64,000 bases of DNA from assembly GCA_021821045.1 (NCBI GenBank), contig JAKACW010000007.1, positions 25,983 to 89,982 of the forward strand. The letters run 5' to 3'. The position numbers and the translations under genes are program-made. The stretch comes from Pseudomonadota bacterium (GTDB taxonomy: Bacteria > Pseudomonadota > Gammaproteobacteria > JAADHS01). Below are positions 37,833 to 49,885 of the stretch, piece after piece (positions within the stretch are counted from its first letter, which is position 1; every line of letters starts with the position of its first letter). A model generated the notes under the pieces. It worked only from the letters and a program-made list of their open reading frames with translations. It was not told the origin of the DNA and did not search any database.

Positions 37833-38465
37833 CTACTTCGCCCCGCCCAAGTCATCGAGCTTCATTTGCAGCGTAGCGCGATCGCCGGCGTATTCCTGCG
37901 AGTTCAAGGCGAGGTTGTAGGCCTGACGGGCCTGCTCCGTCTGACCCTTGGCCGCGTAAATATCGCCGCGCAGTTCTTCGATCATGGGCGAGAAACTACC
38001 CGACGCACCGGTCGCGATCAACGCCAGGGCTTCGTCGTGCTTGTCCTGCGACCACAACAACCGGCCAAGACGCAGCCGCGCTACTTCTTTGATGGCTTCG
38101 TCCTTGCCGTTATCAAGCACCCACTGCAGGTAGGTTTGCGCCGATGACACGTCGCCTTGATCGTGCTTGACCTTGGCCATGGCCATCGCCACCAGGTCGC
38201 CGTAGGGCGTGTTTCGATATTGGCTCAGCAAGATGCCGCCCTTGTCCATGACGGCGGCATAATCCTCGGCTTCCAGCGCGGCCATCACGCTTTCGTACAA
38301 CAGCGATGCCTCTTCGGACTTCTTGAGTTGCGTATTCTGCCAATAGCGGGCGCCGCCGAACGCCAGCAGCCCGACAATGACCAGCGTCGTCACCTTTTTG
38401 CCGTTCTTGTCCCACCACTCGCGCACCTCGCGTAGTTGTTCGTCTTCGGTTTGCAGCTCTGCCAT
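37833..38465 (-). CDS. yfgM: YfgM-like TPR membrane protein (ancillary SecYEG translocon subunit family)
   Basis: Start MAELQTEDEQLREVREWWDKNGK, one TM helix, TPR-like C-terminal region. Conserved position between hisS and bamB. Confidence 0.7.
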   Translation of the reverse strand: MAELQTEDEQLREVREWWDKNGKKVTTLVIVGLLAFGGARYWQNTQLKKSEEASLLYESVMAALEAEDYAAVMDKGGILLSQYRNTPYGDLVAMAMAKVKHDQGDVSSAQTYLQWVLDNGKDEAIKEVARLRLGRLLWSQDKHDEALALIATGASGSFSPMIEELRGDIYAAKGQTEQARQAYNLALNSQEYAGDRATLQMKLDDLGGAK

Positions 38466-38491
38466 ATCTTTCCTTTCTTGTCGTTTGGCGC

Positions 38492-39805
38492 TCAGCCGCG
38501 CTGAACAAGCCAACCCGCTAACCATTGGGCGATGTCCGCCCGGGCCACCGCGATCTGCGGCCGCTCTTCGCGCAAAAACTTCACGCCCACTTCACCGCGC
38601 TCCACTTCCGACTCGCCCATGACCAGGGCCAGCGGTGCGCCGCTCTTGTCCGCGCGTTTGACTTGACTCTTGAATGAGCCCCCGCCGCAGTGCAATGTCA
38701 CGCGCAAACCCGGAACGGCAGCGCGCAACTGTTCGGTCAGGGTCATCGCCTGCGCCGCCGGCTCCTCGCCGACCGCAACGCAATAGGCGTGGGGCACCGG
38801 ATCCGCCGGCATGCTCTGCTCTTCTTTAACCAACTCGACCAAACGTTCCACGCCCATGGCAAAGCCGATGGCGGGCGTCTCCGGCCCACCCAACTGCGCC
38901 ACCAGCCCGTCATAGCGACCGCCGGCGCACACCGTTCCCTGGGCGCCCAAACGCGTCGTCACCCATTCGAACACCGTCCCGGTGTAATAATCCAACCCGC
39001 GCACCAGGCGAGGATTGATTTCATACACGATGTCCGCCAGGTCCAACAACTTTTGCAGTCCGTCGAAATGGGTCTTGGACTGGGCATCGAGAAATTCCAG
39101 CAAGGTCGGCCCGCCCCCGACGACCGCCTGCACTTGCGGATTCTTGCTATCGAGAATGCGCAGCGGGTTGGTGTTCAACCGTCGGCGACTGTCCTCATCC
39201 AACTGGGGCTCATGGGCCCGCAGGTACTCGGTCAAAGCTTCACGAAAACGCGCCCGCGCATCGGCCGAACCCAGATTGTTGATTTGCAGGGCAACGTGAC
39301 GCAGACCCAATGCCTTCCACAACCGCGCCGTGAGCAAAATGACCTCGGCGTCGATGTCTGGTCCCGGCATGCCGAACGCTTCCACGCCGATCTGGGTGAA
39401 CTGGCGATAGCGCCCGCGCTGCGGCCGTTCGTGGCGAAACATCGGACCGGCATACCACCAGCGGTGAGACGATTGACGCAATGCGCTGTGCTCGATCGCC
39501 GCGCGCACGACGCCCGCCGTGCCTTCGGGCCGCAATGTCAGACTGTCGCCATTGCGATCGGCGAAAGTGTACATTTCCTTCTCGACGATATCCGTCACCT
39601 CGCCGATGCTGCGCTTGAACAGCGCGGTGTCCTCGACGATCGGGATGCGGATTTCCTGGTAACCGTAGGACTCCAGCCAGCGCCGCACGGTGTCCTCGAC
39701 GAACTGAAAATGGGTCGAGCGAAAGCCTTTGCCGTCGTCGGCTGACGGCGGCAAAATGTCATGCATGCCGCGCACGGCTTGAATCGGACTGGACATGGCT
39801 GTCAA
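38492..39805 (-). CDS. hisS: Histidine--tRNA ligase
   Basis: Start [19 protein letters not shown], class II aaRS motifs ([14 protein letters not shown]), anticodon-binding C-terminus. 437 aa. Confidence 0.9.
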   Translation of the reverse strand: MTAMSSPIQAVRGMHDILPPSADDGKGFRSTHFQFVEDTVRRWLESYGYQEIRIPIVEDTALFKRSIGEVTDIVEKEMYTFADRNGDSLTLRPEGTAGVVRAAIEHSALRQSSHRWWYAGPMFRHERPQRGRYRQFTQIGVEAFGMPGPDIDAEVILLTARLWKALGLRHVALQINNLGSADARARFREALTEYLRAHEPQLDEDSRRRLNTNPLRILDSKNPQVQAVVGGGPTLLEFLDAQSKTHFDGLQKLLDLADIVYEINPRLVRGLDYYTGTVFEWVTTRLGAQGTVCAGGRYDGLVAQLGGPETPAIGFAMGVERLVELVKEEQSMPADPVPHAYCVAVGEEPAAQAMTLTEQLRAAVPGLRVTLHCGGGSFKSQVKRADKSGAPLALVMGESEVERGEVGVKFLREERPQIAVARADIAQWLAGWLVQRG

Positions 39806-39831
39806 CTAAGGGATCGCGGCCGTGGCCGCTC

Positions 39832-40737
39832 CTACTCACCTAATTTGAATTTGGCGACCTGGCCGCGTCGCGGCTGTCTGAATTCCACGGGTTCGCCATT
39901 GTACTCGACGGTCACGACCGGCGCATTACCTAAAACCACGCTAATGGGCGGGATACCCGATACCGACAAGGTCTGCCCCGCCTTTCCCACCCGCGACATC
40001 AGCCTGGTGTTGACGGCATCGGTGAGTTCGACCCAGGAATCATCACCGAAATGGAGCGTGACCGTCGCTTCGGGCCGCAGCGGCGGCGCAGACTCCGCCG
40101 GTGGCTCAACGGCCAGCTCCGGCGCCGTCGTTTCGATGTCCGACTCGGGAGTAACCGGACCGGACTCCTCCGGCGGCAAAGTGAGGCCACCGCCGTTTTC
40201 GGCCGACGGCGTGCCGGGGATGTCCAACGTCAACGGCAGACCGGGCGAGTTATCGCCCGGTTGCGGTAGCGTTACCGATTGCTCATGGGACGCCGACTTG
40301 AATAGGCCGTACACGGATTTGCCGATCCACGCGACACCCAACACGGCAACCAATACTCCACCCAGGGTCAGCACCTTTTCCCACGGAAACTCGCCCAGAA
40401 TCCTAGGGCCGGGACGCACGGACGTCAGCGGCGACAACGGCGGCGGCTGGCGATCGACCTGCGATGCGTCGAAGGCGGCAACCAGCGGATCCGGATCCAG
40501 CTCCAGCAAGCGCGCATAGTTGCGCAGGTAGCCTTTGGTAAACACGGGACTTGGCAGGCCCGCCACGTCATCGCTTTCGAGCGCCCTGAGATGGCGGATA
40601 TCGACCCGCAATTGCTTCGCCGCGTCCTCGAGGCTGAGCCCCATGCCTTCGCGCTTGCGGCGCAGCTTCTCGCCGATCTCCAACGGCGCGGCCTGGCGCG
40701 TCACCTCAACGTTTTCCGGCTCGTGCGGCGGTGTCAC
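39832..40737 (-). CDS. rodZ: Cytoskeleton protein RodZ
   Basis: N-terminal XRE HTH (IGEKLRRKREGMGLSLEDAAKQLRV), TM segment, Pro-rich linker, C-terminal DUF4115-like domain. Confidence 0.8.
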   Translation of the reverse strand: MTPPHEPENVEVTRQAAPLEIGEKLRRKREGMGLSLEDAAKQLRVDIRHLRALESDDVAGLPSPVFTKGYLRNYARLLELDPDPLVAAFDASQVDRQPPPLSPLTSVRPGPRILGEFPWEKVLTLGGVLVAVLGVAWIGKSVYGLFKSASHEQSVTLPQPGDNSPGLPLTLDIPGTPSAENGGGLTLPPEESGPVTPESDIETTAPELAVEPPAESAPPLRPEATVTLHFGDDSWVELTDAVNTRLMSRVGKAGQTLSVSGIPPISVVLGNAPVVTVEYNGEPVEFRQPRRGQVAKFKLGE

Positions 40738-41666
40738 GGCACGACCTCGGGGGATGGCGTTGCGGCATCACTGTCGACGGGAAACGTCGTATTGAACTCA
40801 TCTTCGAGCGGAGCCGTGGGTTCAACCGGTGTGGGTTGAACAGGAGGCGCCGCGACTTCCTCCGACACAATGACTTCCAGCGGTTTGCCTTTCTGCGCTT
40901 TGCGCTTCTCCGCGTCCTCGGCTTCCAACTCCGCCAAACGGCCCACTTCGGCCGATTCCGGATAGTCAGTGCGCAGCATCTGCGAATACTTCTCGACCAA
41001 GTCGGGACTCTCCAACTCCCGCTCGATCTGCACGCCGAGCAACAATACCGCCGCCGTCGGACGGCCAACGCTGAGGTAACGCTCCAAATAGGCCCGTGCG
41101 CGCCAGAAATCGCGCTTGTCGAAATGCAGGCGCGCCATTTGGTAAAGCGACTTTGGCAAATCAGGTTTGAGCTTCAAGGCCGAACGAAAATACTTCTCTG
41201 CTTTTGCCGCGTCGGGCTTGCGCAGGGCGCATTGACCAAGATTCTCGTAGACGGCTTCCGGCTTGCCGTAGCCCGGCACCTTCAGCACCTTGAGAAACAT
41301 GGTTTCCGCTTCCTCCAGCCGCTTCTGGCCACACAGGAACGCGCCGAAATTGTTCAACAAGAACGGATCGTCGGGAGCGATGGCAAGCGCTTCGCGAAAA
41401 TGATGCTCGGCCGTTTTCTCGTCTTCGAGACGGTTGTAGAACTCGGCCGCGTAGTGGTGGGCTCGCGCCGAATGTGGATCGAGCTCCAGGGCCTTCATCA
41501 AAGGATCTCTGGCGCGCGGAAGATCACCGCGCTGCAAGTAAGCCAGGCCGAGATCGGTGTAGACATCGACCTTGTCTTGTTCTTTCTTAGTCAGTTCCTT
41601 GTTTGAAGAGCAGGCTGTAAACGTCAGAGCCAATATTATCGCTATCCCTAGCTTGAATCCCTTCAT
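40734..41666 (-). CDS. pilW: Type IV pilus biogenesis/stability lipoprotein PilW (PilF) with TPR repeats
   Basis: Lipobox [11 protein letters not shown] repeats. Conserved position between rlmN and rodZ. Start taken at MKGFKL. Confidence 0.7.
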   Translation of the reverse strand: MKGFKLGIAIILALTFTACSSNKELTKKEQDKVDVYTDLGLAYLQRGDLPRARDPLMKALELDPHSARAHHYAAEFYNRLEDEKTAEHHFREALAIAPDDPFLLNNFGAFLCGQKRLEEAETMFLKVLKVPGYGKPEAVYENLGQCALRKPDAAKAEKYFRSALKLKPDLPKSLYQMARLHFDKRDFWRARAYLERYLSVGRPTAAVLLLGVQIERELESPDLVEKYSQMLRTDYPESAEVGRLAELEAEDAEKRKAQKGKPLEVIVSEEVAAPPVQPTPVEPTAPLEDEFNTTFPVDSDAATPSPEVVP

Positions 41667-42754
41667 GCGTTCGCGGCCTCCTGCTGCGCCCGTAGTCGAC
41701 GCTTGGTTCGATCCATGACGCGGCCGGCCAATTGTCCGCATGCCGCGTCGATATCCTCGCCACGGGTACGCCGAATCGTCGTGGTGTAGCCCGCCTCCAT
41801 GAGTATAGTCTGGAAGCGGTAAATGGCTTCATCCGGTGAGCGCTGGTACTTGGTGCCGGGAAACGGGTTGAAGGGAATGAGGTTGATCTTCGAGGGAATG
41901 CCGCGCAATAGCTTAGCCAGTTGGCGCGCGTGTTCGGGCAAATCATTCACGCCGTCGAGCATGACGTATTCCCAGGTGATCGAGCGGTGCGTATGACCTT
42001 CCATGTATTCGCGACACGCCGCCACCAGTTCCTCGATAGGGTACTTCTTGTTGAGCGGAACGATCTGATCGCGCAGTTCATTGTTCGGCGCATGAATCGA
42101 CACGGCCAAGCTCAAATCGCAGACTTGTTTCAGACGGCGCAGCGCGGGCACCACTCCGGCCGTGCTCAGGGTCACGCGACGCTTGGACAAGCCGTAGGCC
42201 AGGTCGTCCATCATCAGGTTGGCGGCCTTCACCACGTTGTCGAAATTCAGCAGCGGCTCGCCCATGCCCATCATGACGACGTTGGTGATGACCCGTTCGC
42301 GCGGCTCGTCGCGCAACGCATCGCGCGCAATCATCACTTGGCTGATGATCTCAGCGGTAGTGAGGTTGCGATTGAAACCTTGTTGCGCCGTGGCGCAAAA
42401 CTGACAATCCAATGCGCAACCGACTTGGGATGAGACGCAAAGCGTGCCGCGATTGGTCTCGGGAATGTAGACCGTCTCGATGCAATTGCCGCTGTCCAGA
42501 CGCAGCAGCCATTTGCGCGTGCCATCCGCCGCCGCCTGCTCCCACACGATCTCGGGCAGACGAATTTCAGCCGTCTCCTTCAAACGCTGGCGCAGCGCCT
42601 TGGAAAGATTGCTCATGGCGTCGAAATCCATCAACCCCTGCTGATGGATCCACTGCACCACCTGATCGGCGCGAAACGCCTTCTCACCCAGTTCAACGAA
42701 AAACTGGCCAAGGGCGGCGCGATCGTAGTCCAGCAGATTTACAAGCGAATTCAT
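41663..42754 (-). CDS. rlmN: 23S rRNA/tRNA (adenine-C2)-methyltransferase RlmN (radical SAM)
   Basis: [10 protein letters not shown] radical-SAM cluster motif. 363 aa. Typical RlmN ends. Confidence 0.9.
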   Translation of the reverse strand: MNSLVNLLDYDRAALGQFFVELGEKAFRADQVVQWIHQQGLMDFDAMSNLSKALRQRLKETAEIRLPEIVWEQAAADGTRKWLLRLDSGNCIETVYIPETNRGTLCVSSQVGCALDCQFCATAQQGFNRNLTTAEIISQVMIARDALRDEPRERVITNVVMMGMGEPLLNFDNVVKAANLMMDDLAYGLSKRRVTLSTAGVVPALRRLKQVCDLSLAVSIHAPNNELRDQIVPLNKKYPIEELVAACREYMEGHTHRSITWEYVMLDGVNDLPEHARQLAKLLRGIPSKINLIPFNPFPGTKYQRSPDEAIYRFQTILMEAGYTTTIRRTRGEDIDAACGQLAGRVMDRTKRRLRAQQEAANA

Positions 42755-42777
42755 CGAATACCTTCAGTCGGCGCTGT

Positions 42778-42842
42778 TGTGGGAGCGGTTTCCTACCGCG
42801 ATTCGCACCGGAGTCAATCGCGGAATGATCCGCTCCCACAAA
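42778..42842. repeat. REP-like inverted-repeat element
   Basis: tgtgggagcggtttcctaccgcgatt ... aatcgcggaatgatccgctcccaca. Confidence 0.8.
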
Positions 42843-42864
42843 CTTTCACATCTAATTGGTCCGT

Positions 42865-43299
<435 letters not shown>

Positions 43300-43475
43300 A
43301 AAACTGCTCCCAAATTTGACTGACGTAGAGAAACTAGGTTTCAGAAGCGCCGATAAAAACGCCTCCGCAAAAATACAAAACCCGCGCTAAAACACGGGCT
43401 TACGAAGTGAGGGGTATTTTACAGGAGCGGCCGGGGGGCCGCAATGGAATACCGAGGACAATCGGCCGCTCGTTG

Positions 43476-44006
43476 CTAGAGGCCGGATTCCTCGGCCAGC
43501 TCTTCCAAGGCATAGAGCGTTTTCTGCGGAACACGCTCAAGGGGATAGTAGCGAGCAATCACGTCAAGTGCTTGCTCGTAGGTGGATAAGCCCAGAAAGC
43601 GCAACAGGTACCGCACGTCGTCAAGGTCATGAAACTCTTCTCCGATGCGCATCGCCATGCACTTCATCGCGAACAGGTATTCCGGCTGGGCGTTGAATAC
43701 CTTGAGATGGCTAAGTTCCATGTAGCGGTCAAAGCGACCCTTTTCGCTCAAGAAACCTTTTACCGCGTCATTCAACCAGTGCTTGGGGATACCCTCCTCA
43801 CGGGCTATTTCCAATGCGGCGGCGCGAATATGCGAGGCGGGCTCGAAAAACGCATCGATGTCTTTGGTTGAGGCGCGGGCGCTGAACACCAGACACATCA
43901 CGGCGCCGCCGACTAGAAAAATCTCGCCACGCACATTGTCGCGCTGCAGTTTTTCGTTCAAACGCGCCAACAACGCGTCGATTCCCGCCTTTTCCAGCCC
44001 GCTCAC
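43476..44006 (-). CDS. Nucleotidyltransferase-fold protein (toxin-like component of a two-gene module)
   Basis: GEIFLVGGAVMCL...STKDIDAFF resembles a minimal nucleotidyltransferase GG...DxD core. Inserted between ndk and the isc operon. Family not verified. Confidence 0.45.
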   Translation of the reverse strand: MSGLEKAGIDALLARLNEKLQRDNVRGEIFLVGGAVMCLVFSARASTKDIDAFFEPASHIRAAALEIAREEGIPKHWLNDAVKGFLSEKGRFDRYMELSHLKVFNAQPEYLFAMKCMAMRIGEEFHDLDDVRYLLRFLGLSTYEQALDVIARYYPLERVPQKTLYALEELAEESGL

Positions 44007-44008
44007 GT

Positions 44009-44509
44009 CTAGACCCGCTCGCCGACCGAAGCGTCAATGAAAATATTGCGTCGGCGGAATGGCGGCGGCGAGTTAGCAAGCAAATACAACCGCAGCGATT
44101 TCAGCGATGCGCCGAAGTAAGGCTCCGCTAACGGGGAAATCGATCGAGTCCAAGGCGGCGGGTCTTGTGACTTTTGATGCGCGGCCACCTCGACCATTGC
44201 GGCAACGTAGTTGGCCAGAAATGGGGAAAGCGCCAAGCTCGGGGGCGACGCAACGCATGTTTGGAACGCACTTGGTTCAAGCGCCGCCAAAAAGTCGCTG
44301 AGCTCAGCCAATACGATCTTGTGGTTTTCTCCTCGGGCAAGACGGGCCAAATAATCCTGAAATTGCTCCTCGCCCGGTGCGAACAGGGCCGAGAGCACCC
44401 ATTCGGATACCGACAAATCTGCCGCCGTCGCAGCCGCCTTGAGGCGTGCTTTTTGCTCCGGCGTAATGCGGATTTGGAGCTGTTCGGACTTTTGATTTGC
44501 AACAGTCAT
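44009..44509 (-). CDS. RHH (CopG/DUF1778-like) domain protein, antitoxin-like partner
   Basis: N-terminal LQIRITPEQKARLKAAATAADLSVSEWV ribbon-helix-helix signature. 3-nt spacing to the downstream nucleotidyltransferase gene. Confidence 0.45.
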   Translation of the reverse strand: MTVANQKSEQLQIRITPEQKARLKAAATAADLSVSEWVLSALFAPGEEQFQDYLARLARGENHKIVLAELSDFLAALEPSAFQTCVASPPSLALSPFLANYVAAMVEVAAHQKSQDPPPWTRSISPLAEPYFGASLKSLRLYLLANSPPPFRRRNIFIDASVGERV

Positions 44510-44623
44510 GTCGTGACACTAGGTCAGTCGAGGGCACTTGTCAATACACGCGTATTTACAAGCGCTGCGCATGACAGATAAAGACTACATTTTGTGCGCC
44601 TTCAACCCGGTTCGCTACGACGC

Positions 44624-44824
44624 CTACGCCCGCTCGTCAATCCACGCCATCTGGATAGCTTCGAGGATTTTCTCTCCCGATTGGTCCGGCGCGTCGTCGA
44701 AATCCTCCAACTCGCAGACCCAACGGTGCAGGTCGGTGAAGCGGACATACTGCGGATCGATGTCCGGATGCTTTTCGTCCAGGGAGATGGCGATTTCGAG
44801 GCTGTCGGTCCATTTGAGTCCCAT
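44624..44824 (-). CDS. iscX: Fe-S cluster assembly protein IscX
   Basis: 66 aa acidic protein [24 protein letters not shown]... at the end of the isc operon. Confidence 0.8.
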   Translation of the reverse strand: MGLKWTDSLEIAISLDEKHPDIDPQYVRFTDLHRWVCELEDFDDAPDQSGEKILEAIQMAWIDERA

Positions 44825-44833
44825 GGTGTTCTC

Positions 44834-45172
44834 CTATTTGCGCTCGGCCACCATGTTGATGGTGTATTTGGGAATTTCAATAACCAAATCCTGGTTCTGC
44901 ACCACGGCCTGACAGCTTAAGCGCGATTCAGGTTCAAGGCCCCAGGCTTTGTCCAGCAGGTCTTCCTCGTTTTCACTGGCTTCGGGCAAGGAATCGAAGC
45001 CTTCGCGCACGATGACATGACAAGTTGTGCAGGCGCACGACTTCTCGCAGGCGTGCTCGATGGGAATATCGTTCTTCAACGCAGCATCGCAAATGGTGAT
45101 ACCGGACTCGACGTTGATCACAGCCCCTTCCGGGCAGATTTCTTCATGGGGCAAGAAAATGATTTGTGGCAT
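44834..45172 (-). CDS. fdx: ISC-type [2Fe-2S] ferredoxin
   Basis: MPQIIFLPHEEICPEG..., Cys ligands CEKSCACTTCH...C. 112 aa. Confidence 0.9.
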   Translation of the reverse strand: MPQIIFLPHEEICPEGAVINVESGITICDAALKNDIPIEHACEKSCACTTCHVIVREGFDSLPEASENEEDLLDKAWGLEPESRLSCQAVVQNQDLVIEIPKYTINMVAERK

Positions 45173-45228
45173 TGTTCAGAAACACCCTAATCTAGCTGCA
45201 ATCTCTTAATGTAATCGCGGTGCATGCT

Positions 45229-45313
45229 TCGCTGTGGGAACGGTTTCCTACCGCGTTTCATCGATCGAAACATCTCTAGTGCCGAGTCGATCGCGGAATG
45301 ATCCGCTCCCACA
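45229..45313. repeat. REP-like inverted-repeat element
   Basis: tgtgggaacggtttcctaccgcgttt ... atcgcggaatgatccgctcccaca. Confidence 0.8.
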
Positions 45314-45327
45314 TTGGAAATCCGCGC

Positions 45328-47214
45328 CTACAGTTTATTCAATTCATCCACGCGCTTGCCGGCCAACGCTCGCTTTATGCCGTCATCCATCCGACGCGCG
45401 GCGAACTCCTGGCTCACCTTGTCCAGCGTATCGATCGCGCCCTTAATTGCGCGATGATCATGGCCTTCGCGTACGCGGGCCAGTTCGTCCGCCGCGGTCT
45501 CGATGGCCTGTCGTTCCGCTTCGCTCAACAGCCGCTCGCCATCGACACTCAATGCCGACCGAATTGCCTCGAGCAAGCGATCGGCTTCGACTTGCTGCTC
45601 CCGCAGCACTCGCGCCTGGACATCCTCTTTGGCGTGGGCCATGGAGTCGAGCAATAGCCGTTCGATGTCCCCCTCCGCCAAGCCATAAGACGGTTTGACT
45701 TCGACGCGGCTTTCGACGCCCTGGGTCATCTCCTTGGCGCTCACGTTGAGAAGGCCGTCGGCGTCCACTTGAAACGTCACTTGAATGCGTGCCGCACCCG
45801 CCGCCATGGGCGGAAAACCGCGCAGTTCGAAGCGGGCCAAGGAGCGGCAATCGCTGACCAGTTCGCGCTCGCCCTGTACAACGTGAATGGACATGGCGGT
45901 CTGGCCGTCTTTGTAGGTGGTGAATGTTTGTGCCCGCGCCACGGGAATGGGCGTGTTGCGCGGGATGACTTTCTCCACCAGCCCGCCCATGATTTCCAAG
46001 CCCAAGGACAAGGGCAACACATCGAGCAACAACATTTCGTCGCCGGGTTTGTTGCCGGCCAAGATGTCGGCCTGGATCGCCGCGCCGATGGCAACGACTT
46101 TGTCGGGATCGATGTCGACCCGCGGCGCGCGACCGAAGAACTCGCCGACTCGACGACGCACTAAAGGCACACGGGTCGCACCGCCCACCATGATCACTTC
46201 GGCGATGTCGTCCGGCGTGATTCCGGCATCGGCCAGAGCACGACGGCAAGGCAGCAAGGTTTTCTTCACTAGAGGTTCGATCAGCGTTTCGAAGGTCGTG
46301 CGATCCAAGGTGCCGTGCCACGGATCGTTGCCATTGGGGCGGGGCACGATCACTTCGACCTTCTCAGCATGGGTCAGCGCTTCCTTTGCCGCGCAAGCGA
46401 TGTTCAGGAGCTGGCGCCATTGCGCGGGCGAGAATTTGGTCATCCCCAGACCCGCGTGATCCTTCAACCACTGGGCCACGACGCGGTCCATATCATCACC
46501 GCCCAACGCCGTATCGCCGGCGGTGGCCAGGACTTCGAACACGCCGCGGTTGAAACGCAAAATGGAAAGATCGAAAGTGCCGCCGCCCAGATCATAAATG
46601 GCGTGAACACCCTCCGCGGCGTGATCGAGACCGTAGGCCACCGCCGCCGCCGTGGGTTCGTTGAGCAAACGCAGAACGTTCAAACCCGCCAGCTTGCCGG
46701 CATCGCGGGTGGCTTGCCGTTGCGCGTCGTCGAAATAGGCCGGCACAGTGATCACCACACCGGTCAGTTCGCCGCCCAACGTTTGCTCGGCGCGGTAACG
46801 CAGTGCTTTGAGTATCTCCGCCGATACCTCGACCGGCGAAAACGCGCCGACATCCGTCTGCAACCGCACCATCCCCTGCTCGTCTTCGACGAAGCGATAA
46901 TGGTCGGCGGCGCCGGCTTTCTTTGCGTCGGCAAGACCGCGGCCCATGAAGCGCTTGCCCGATACAATGGTGTTGTGGGGATCCGTAGCGGATTTGGCTT
47001 TCGCCGCCGCGCCCACCTCAGGAGGCGCGCCCTCGCGGTAGCGAACCACGGATGGCAACAACGACTGTCCCTGCTCGTCCGGCAAAACGTCGGCCACGCC
47101 GCTGCGCACCGACGCCACCAGGGAATGGGTGGTGCCCAAATCGATACCGGCGGCGAGGCGGTGCTCGTGAGGCGCCTGTGATTGACCCGGTTCGCTGATC
47201 TGAAGTACTGCCAT
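45328..47214 (-). CDS. hscA: Fe-S protein assembly chaperone HscA (Hsp70)
   Basis: Start [12 protein letters not shown], Hsp70 ATPase motifs ([20 protein letters not shown]). 628 aa. Confidence 0.95.
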   Translation of the reverse strand: MAVLQISEPGQSQAPHEHRLAAGIDLGTTHSLVASVRSGVADVLPDEQGQSLLPSVVRYREGAPPEVGAAAKAKSATDPHNTIVSGKRFMGRGLADAKKAGAADHYRFVEDEQGMVRLQTDVGAFSPVEVSAEILKALRYRAEQTLGGELTGVVITVPAYFDDAQRQATRDAGKLAGLNVLRLLNEPTAAAVAYGLDHAAEGVHAIYDLGGGTFDLSILRFNRGVFEVLATAGDTALGGDDMDRVVAQWLKDHAGLGMTKFSPAQWRQLLNIACAAKEALTHAEKVEVIVPRPNGNDPWHGTLDRTTFETLIEPLVKKTLLPCRRALADAGITPDDIAEVIMVGGATRVPLVRRRVGEFFGRAPRVDIDPDKVVAIGAAIQADILAGNKPGDEMLLLDVLPLSLGLEIMGGLVEKVIPRNTPIPVARAQTFTTYKDGQTAMSIHVVQGERELVSDCRSLARFELRGFPPMAAGAARIQVTFQVDADGLLNVSAKEMTQGVESRVEVKPSYGLAEGDIERLLLDSMAHAKEDVQARVLREQQVEADRLLEAIRSALSVDGERLLSEAERQAIETAADELARVREGHDHRAIKGAIDTLDKVSQEFAARRMDDGIKRALAGKRVDELNKL

Positions 47215-47237
47215 GTCGATAAATCGTAACCAATGTT

Positions 47238-47310
47238 TGTGGGCGCGGTTTCCTACCGCGATCGATCACCCGAGTCACGACCGCAGTCATTTTTATCGCG
47301 GAATAATCCG
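47238..47310. repeat. REP-like inverted-repeat element (degenerate)
   Basis: tgtgggcgcggtttcctaccgcgat ... atcgcggaataatccgctcc. Confidence 0.7.
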
Positions 47311-47314
47311 CTCC

Positions 47315-47860
47315 TTATTCCGCGCGAAATAACGAAATCTCGTCCAGCTCGCTTTGTAGCTTGGTGAAAAACTGCGCTTTCGCGATGAGTCCCTGCGCGT
47401 GTGTCATCTTTTCTTGTTTGCTGTCATCGCCGAGCGCCCGGGCCAGTTCATCTTGCAGGGCCGCGAGCTGATGTTTGATCTCCGCCGCCAACGCGCGCGC
47501 ATCCTGTTCGGAAAACGTTTGTTTAAGCTCGCCCAACCGTTCCCGCAAATCCATTTGGGCCATTAAAAACGCCCCGTCGCGCACAGTCTGGGCCTCATCG
47601 TTCAGCGCCACGCCGTGCAATTCGAGCCAGTAGCGCGCCCGGAGCAATGGATCTTTAAGCACCCGGTACGCTTCGTTCACCCGCGCCGCCAATTGCACCG
47701 CCAAGCGTTTGGCCTGATCCGATCCGCCGGCGTGACTGTCGGGATGGGTGGCCCGCTGCAGCGCCCGGTAACGCTCGTGCAACAGACTGCCATCCAACGC
47801 GTAACGGCGCGGCAGATCGAATAGAGCAAAATAGTCTTGATTGAACGACGTCGTGCCCAT
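47315..47860 (-). CDS. hscB: Co-chaperone HscB (J-domain)
   Basis: J-domain with HPD (HPDSHAG). 181 aa. Positioned between iscA and hscA. Confidence 0.85.
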   Translation of the reverse strand: MGTTSFNQDYFALFDLPRRYALDGSLLHERYRALQRATHPDSHAGGSDQAKRLAVQLAARVNEAYRVLKDPLLRARYWLELHGVALNDEAQTVRDGAFLMAQMDLRERLGELKQTFSEQDARALAAEIKHQLAALQDELARALGDDSKQEKMTHAQGLIAKAQFFTKLQSELDEISLFRAE

Positions 47861-47877
47861 AACCGCGGATGGGCGCG

Positions 47878-48201
47878 CTAAACGCTAAAGCTTTCGCCGC
47901 AGCCGCAGGTGTCTTTGACGTTGGGGTTATTGAACTTGAACCCTTCGTTCAGCCCTTCTTTGGCAAAATCCAGCTCGGTGCCGTCGAGAAACACCAGGCT
48001 CTTCGGATCGACCAGCACCTTCACGCCGCGATCCTCGAAAACCGTATCCGACGCCGCGACTTCATCGGCGAACTCCAGAACATAGGCGAATCCGGAACAG
48101 CCGGTGGTGCGCACGCCCAAGCGCAAGCCCACGCCTTTGCCGCGCCCCTCGAGGAAGCGCTTGACGCGATCGGCTGCTCTGTCCGTTAAAGTGATGGCCA
48201 T
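47878..48201 (-). CDS. iscA: Iron-sulfur cluster insertion protein IscA
   Basis: 107 aa, C-terminal CGCGESF motif. Confidence 0.9.
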   Translation of the reverse strand: MAITLTDRAADRVKRFLEGRGKGVGLRLGVRTTGCSGFAYVLEFADEVAASDTVFEDRGVKVLVDPKSLVFLDGTELDFAKEGLNEGFKFNNPNVKDTCGCGESFSV

Positions 48202-48207
48202 GGCGTA

Positions 48208-48609
48208 TTACCCTGCTTGCGCTTTGGCGCCGCTCTGTTTTTGCCGGTAATCCTTCACTGCCGCCTTGATGGCGTCTTCGGCCAATACGGAACAATGGAT
48301 TTTCACCGGCGGCAACGCCAGCTCGGTCGCGATGTCGCTGTTACGGATTTGCGCCGCCTGCTCCAGGGTCTTGCCCTTGAGCCATTCGGTCACCAATGAG
48401 CTTGACGCAATGGCCGATCCGCAACCGTAGGTTTTAAAGCGCGCGTCCTCGATGACGCCCTGCTCGTTGACTTGGATCTGCAGCTTCATCACATCGCCGC
48501 AGGCGGGCGCGCCCACCATGCCGGTGCCAACTTTGGGATCCTTAACGTCCAGCGAACCGACGTTGCGCGGATTTTCGTAATGATCGATGACCTTATCACT
48601 GTATGCCAT
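48208..48609 (-). CDS. iscU: Fe-S cluster scaffold IscU
   Basis: MAYSDKVIDHYENPRNVG..., GAPACGD, LPPVKIHCS motifs. The track ORF starts earlier, at 48690. Confidence 0.95.
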   Translation of the reverse strand: MAYSDKVIDHYENPRNVGSLDVKDPKVGTGMVGAPACGDVMKLQIQVNEQGVIEDARFKTYGCGSAIASSSLVTEWLKGKTLEQAAQIRNSDIATELALPPVKIHCSVLAEDAIKAAVKDYRQKQSGAKAQAG

Positions 48610-48632
48610 ATAAAGAACCTGCAACTTCCTTC

Positions 48633-49853
48633 TTAATGCGCCGCCCATTGCACTTTGGAAAGGTCGACGCCTTCCTGGTGCATTTCCCACAATGGCGACA
48701 AGTCGCGTAGCTTGGCGACTTTTTGTCGAACCAAATTCACCGCGTAGTCGATGTCTTCTTCCGTCGTGAAGCGACCGATGCTGAAGCGAATGGAGCTGTG
48801 CGCCAGTTCATCGCTGCGCCCGATGGCCCGCAGAACGTATGAGGGCTCGAGGCTGGCGGAAGTGCACGCCGAACCGGAGGACACGGCGATGTCCTTCAGC
48901 GCCATGATCAACGATTCACCTTCGACGAAATTGAAGCTGACGTTCAGGTTGCCCGGCACGCGATGCTCCAGGTCGCCGTTGACGTAAACTTCATCCATAT
49001 CCTTCAAACCGTTCCACAAGCGGTCGCGCAACGCTTTGATGCGCGCCGATTCCGCGGCCATTTCTTCCTTGGCGATGCGAAAGGCTTCGCCCATACCGAC
49101 CAACTGATGAGTGGCCAAGGTGCCCGACCGCATGCCGCGCTCGTGACCTCCGCCGTGCATCTGCGCGTCCAAGCGAACCCGCGGCTTGCGGCGCACATAC
49201 AACGCGCCGACGCCCTTCGGTCCGTATATCTTGTGGGCGGAGAACGACATCAAATCCACTTTCGTCGTATCGAGATCGATGGGTACCTTGCCCGCACTTT
49301 GCGCAGCATCCACGTGGAATAGAATGCCCCGCTCGCGCGTCAACTCCCCAATTGCAGCGATATCCTGAATCACTCCAATCTCGTTGTTCACATGCATGAT
49401 GGACACTAACACCGTGTCATCGCGCAGCGCGCCAACCAGCTTGTTCAAATCCAATAGACCATTCGGTTCGGGATCCAGGTACGTCACTTCGAATCCTTCG
49501 CGCTCCAGAGCCCGGCAGGTATCCAGCACGGCCTTGTGCTCGGTCTTGCAGGTCACGATGTGGCGGCCTTTTTTCTGATAGAAATGGGCCGCCCCTTTAA
49601 TGGCCAGATTGTTCGATTCCGTTGCGCCGGAGGTCCATACAATTTCTTTTGGATCGGCGTTGACCAGCGCGGCCACGTGCGCCCGCGCCTCTTCAATCGC
49701 TGCTTCCGCGTTCCATCCGAAACTGTGGGAACGGGATGCCGGATTGCCAAAATTACCTTCCAGGGTCAGACATGCCATCATCTTCTGCGCGACACGCGGA
49801 TCGACCGGCGTCGTGGCGGCATAGTCCAAATAGATCGGCAATTTCACGGTCAC
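48633..49853 (-). CDS. iscS: Cysteine desulfurase IscS
   Basis: [15 protein letters not shown]-binding [10 protein letters not shown], active-site SSGSACTS. 406 aa. Confidence 0.95.
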   Translation of the reverse strand: MTVKLPIYLDYAATTPVDPRVAQKMMACLTLEGNFGNPASRSHSFGWNAEAAIEEARAHVAALVNADPKEIVWTSGATESNNLAIKGAAHFYQKKGRHIVTCKTEHKAVLDTCRALEREGFEVTYLDPEPNGLLDLNKLVGALRDDTVLVSIMHVNNEIGVIQDIAAIGELTRERGILFHVDAAQSAGKVPIDLDTTKVDLMSFSAHKIYGPKGVGALYVRRKPRVRLDAQMHGGGHERGMRSGTLATHQLVGMGEAFRIAKEEMAAESARIKALRDRLWNGLKDMDEVYVNGDLEHRVPGNLNVSFNFVEGESLIMALKDIAVSSGSACTSASLEPSYVLRAIGRSDELAHSSIRFSIGRFTTEEDIDYAVNLVRQKVAKLRDLSPLWEMHQEGVDLSKVQWAAH

Positions 49854-49885
49854 ACCCTACCTCCTTGATATATAGCCAGCAGTTT

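Noticed and set aside
38690-39745. 351-aa + strand ORF antisense to hisS
   Set aside because: Antisense artefact.
46315-47181. 288-aa + strand ORF antisense to hscA, and the 287-aa minus-strand alternative frame at 45458-46321
   Set aside because: Alternative-frame or antisense artefacts inside the well-supported hscA gene.
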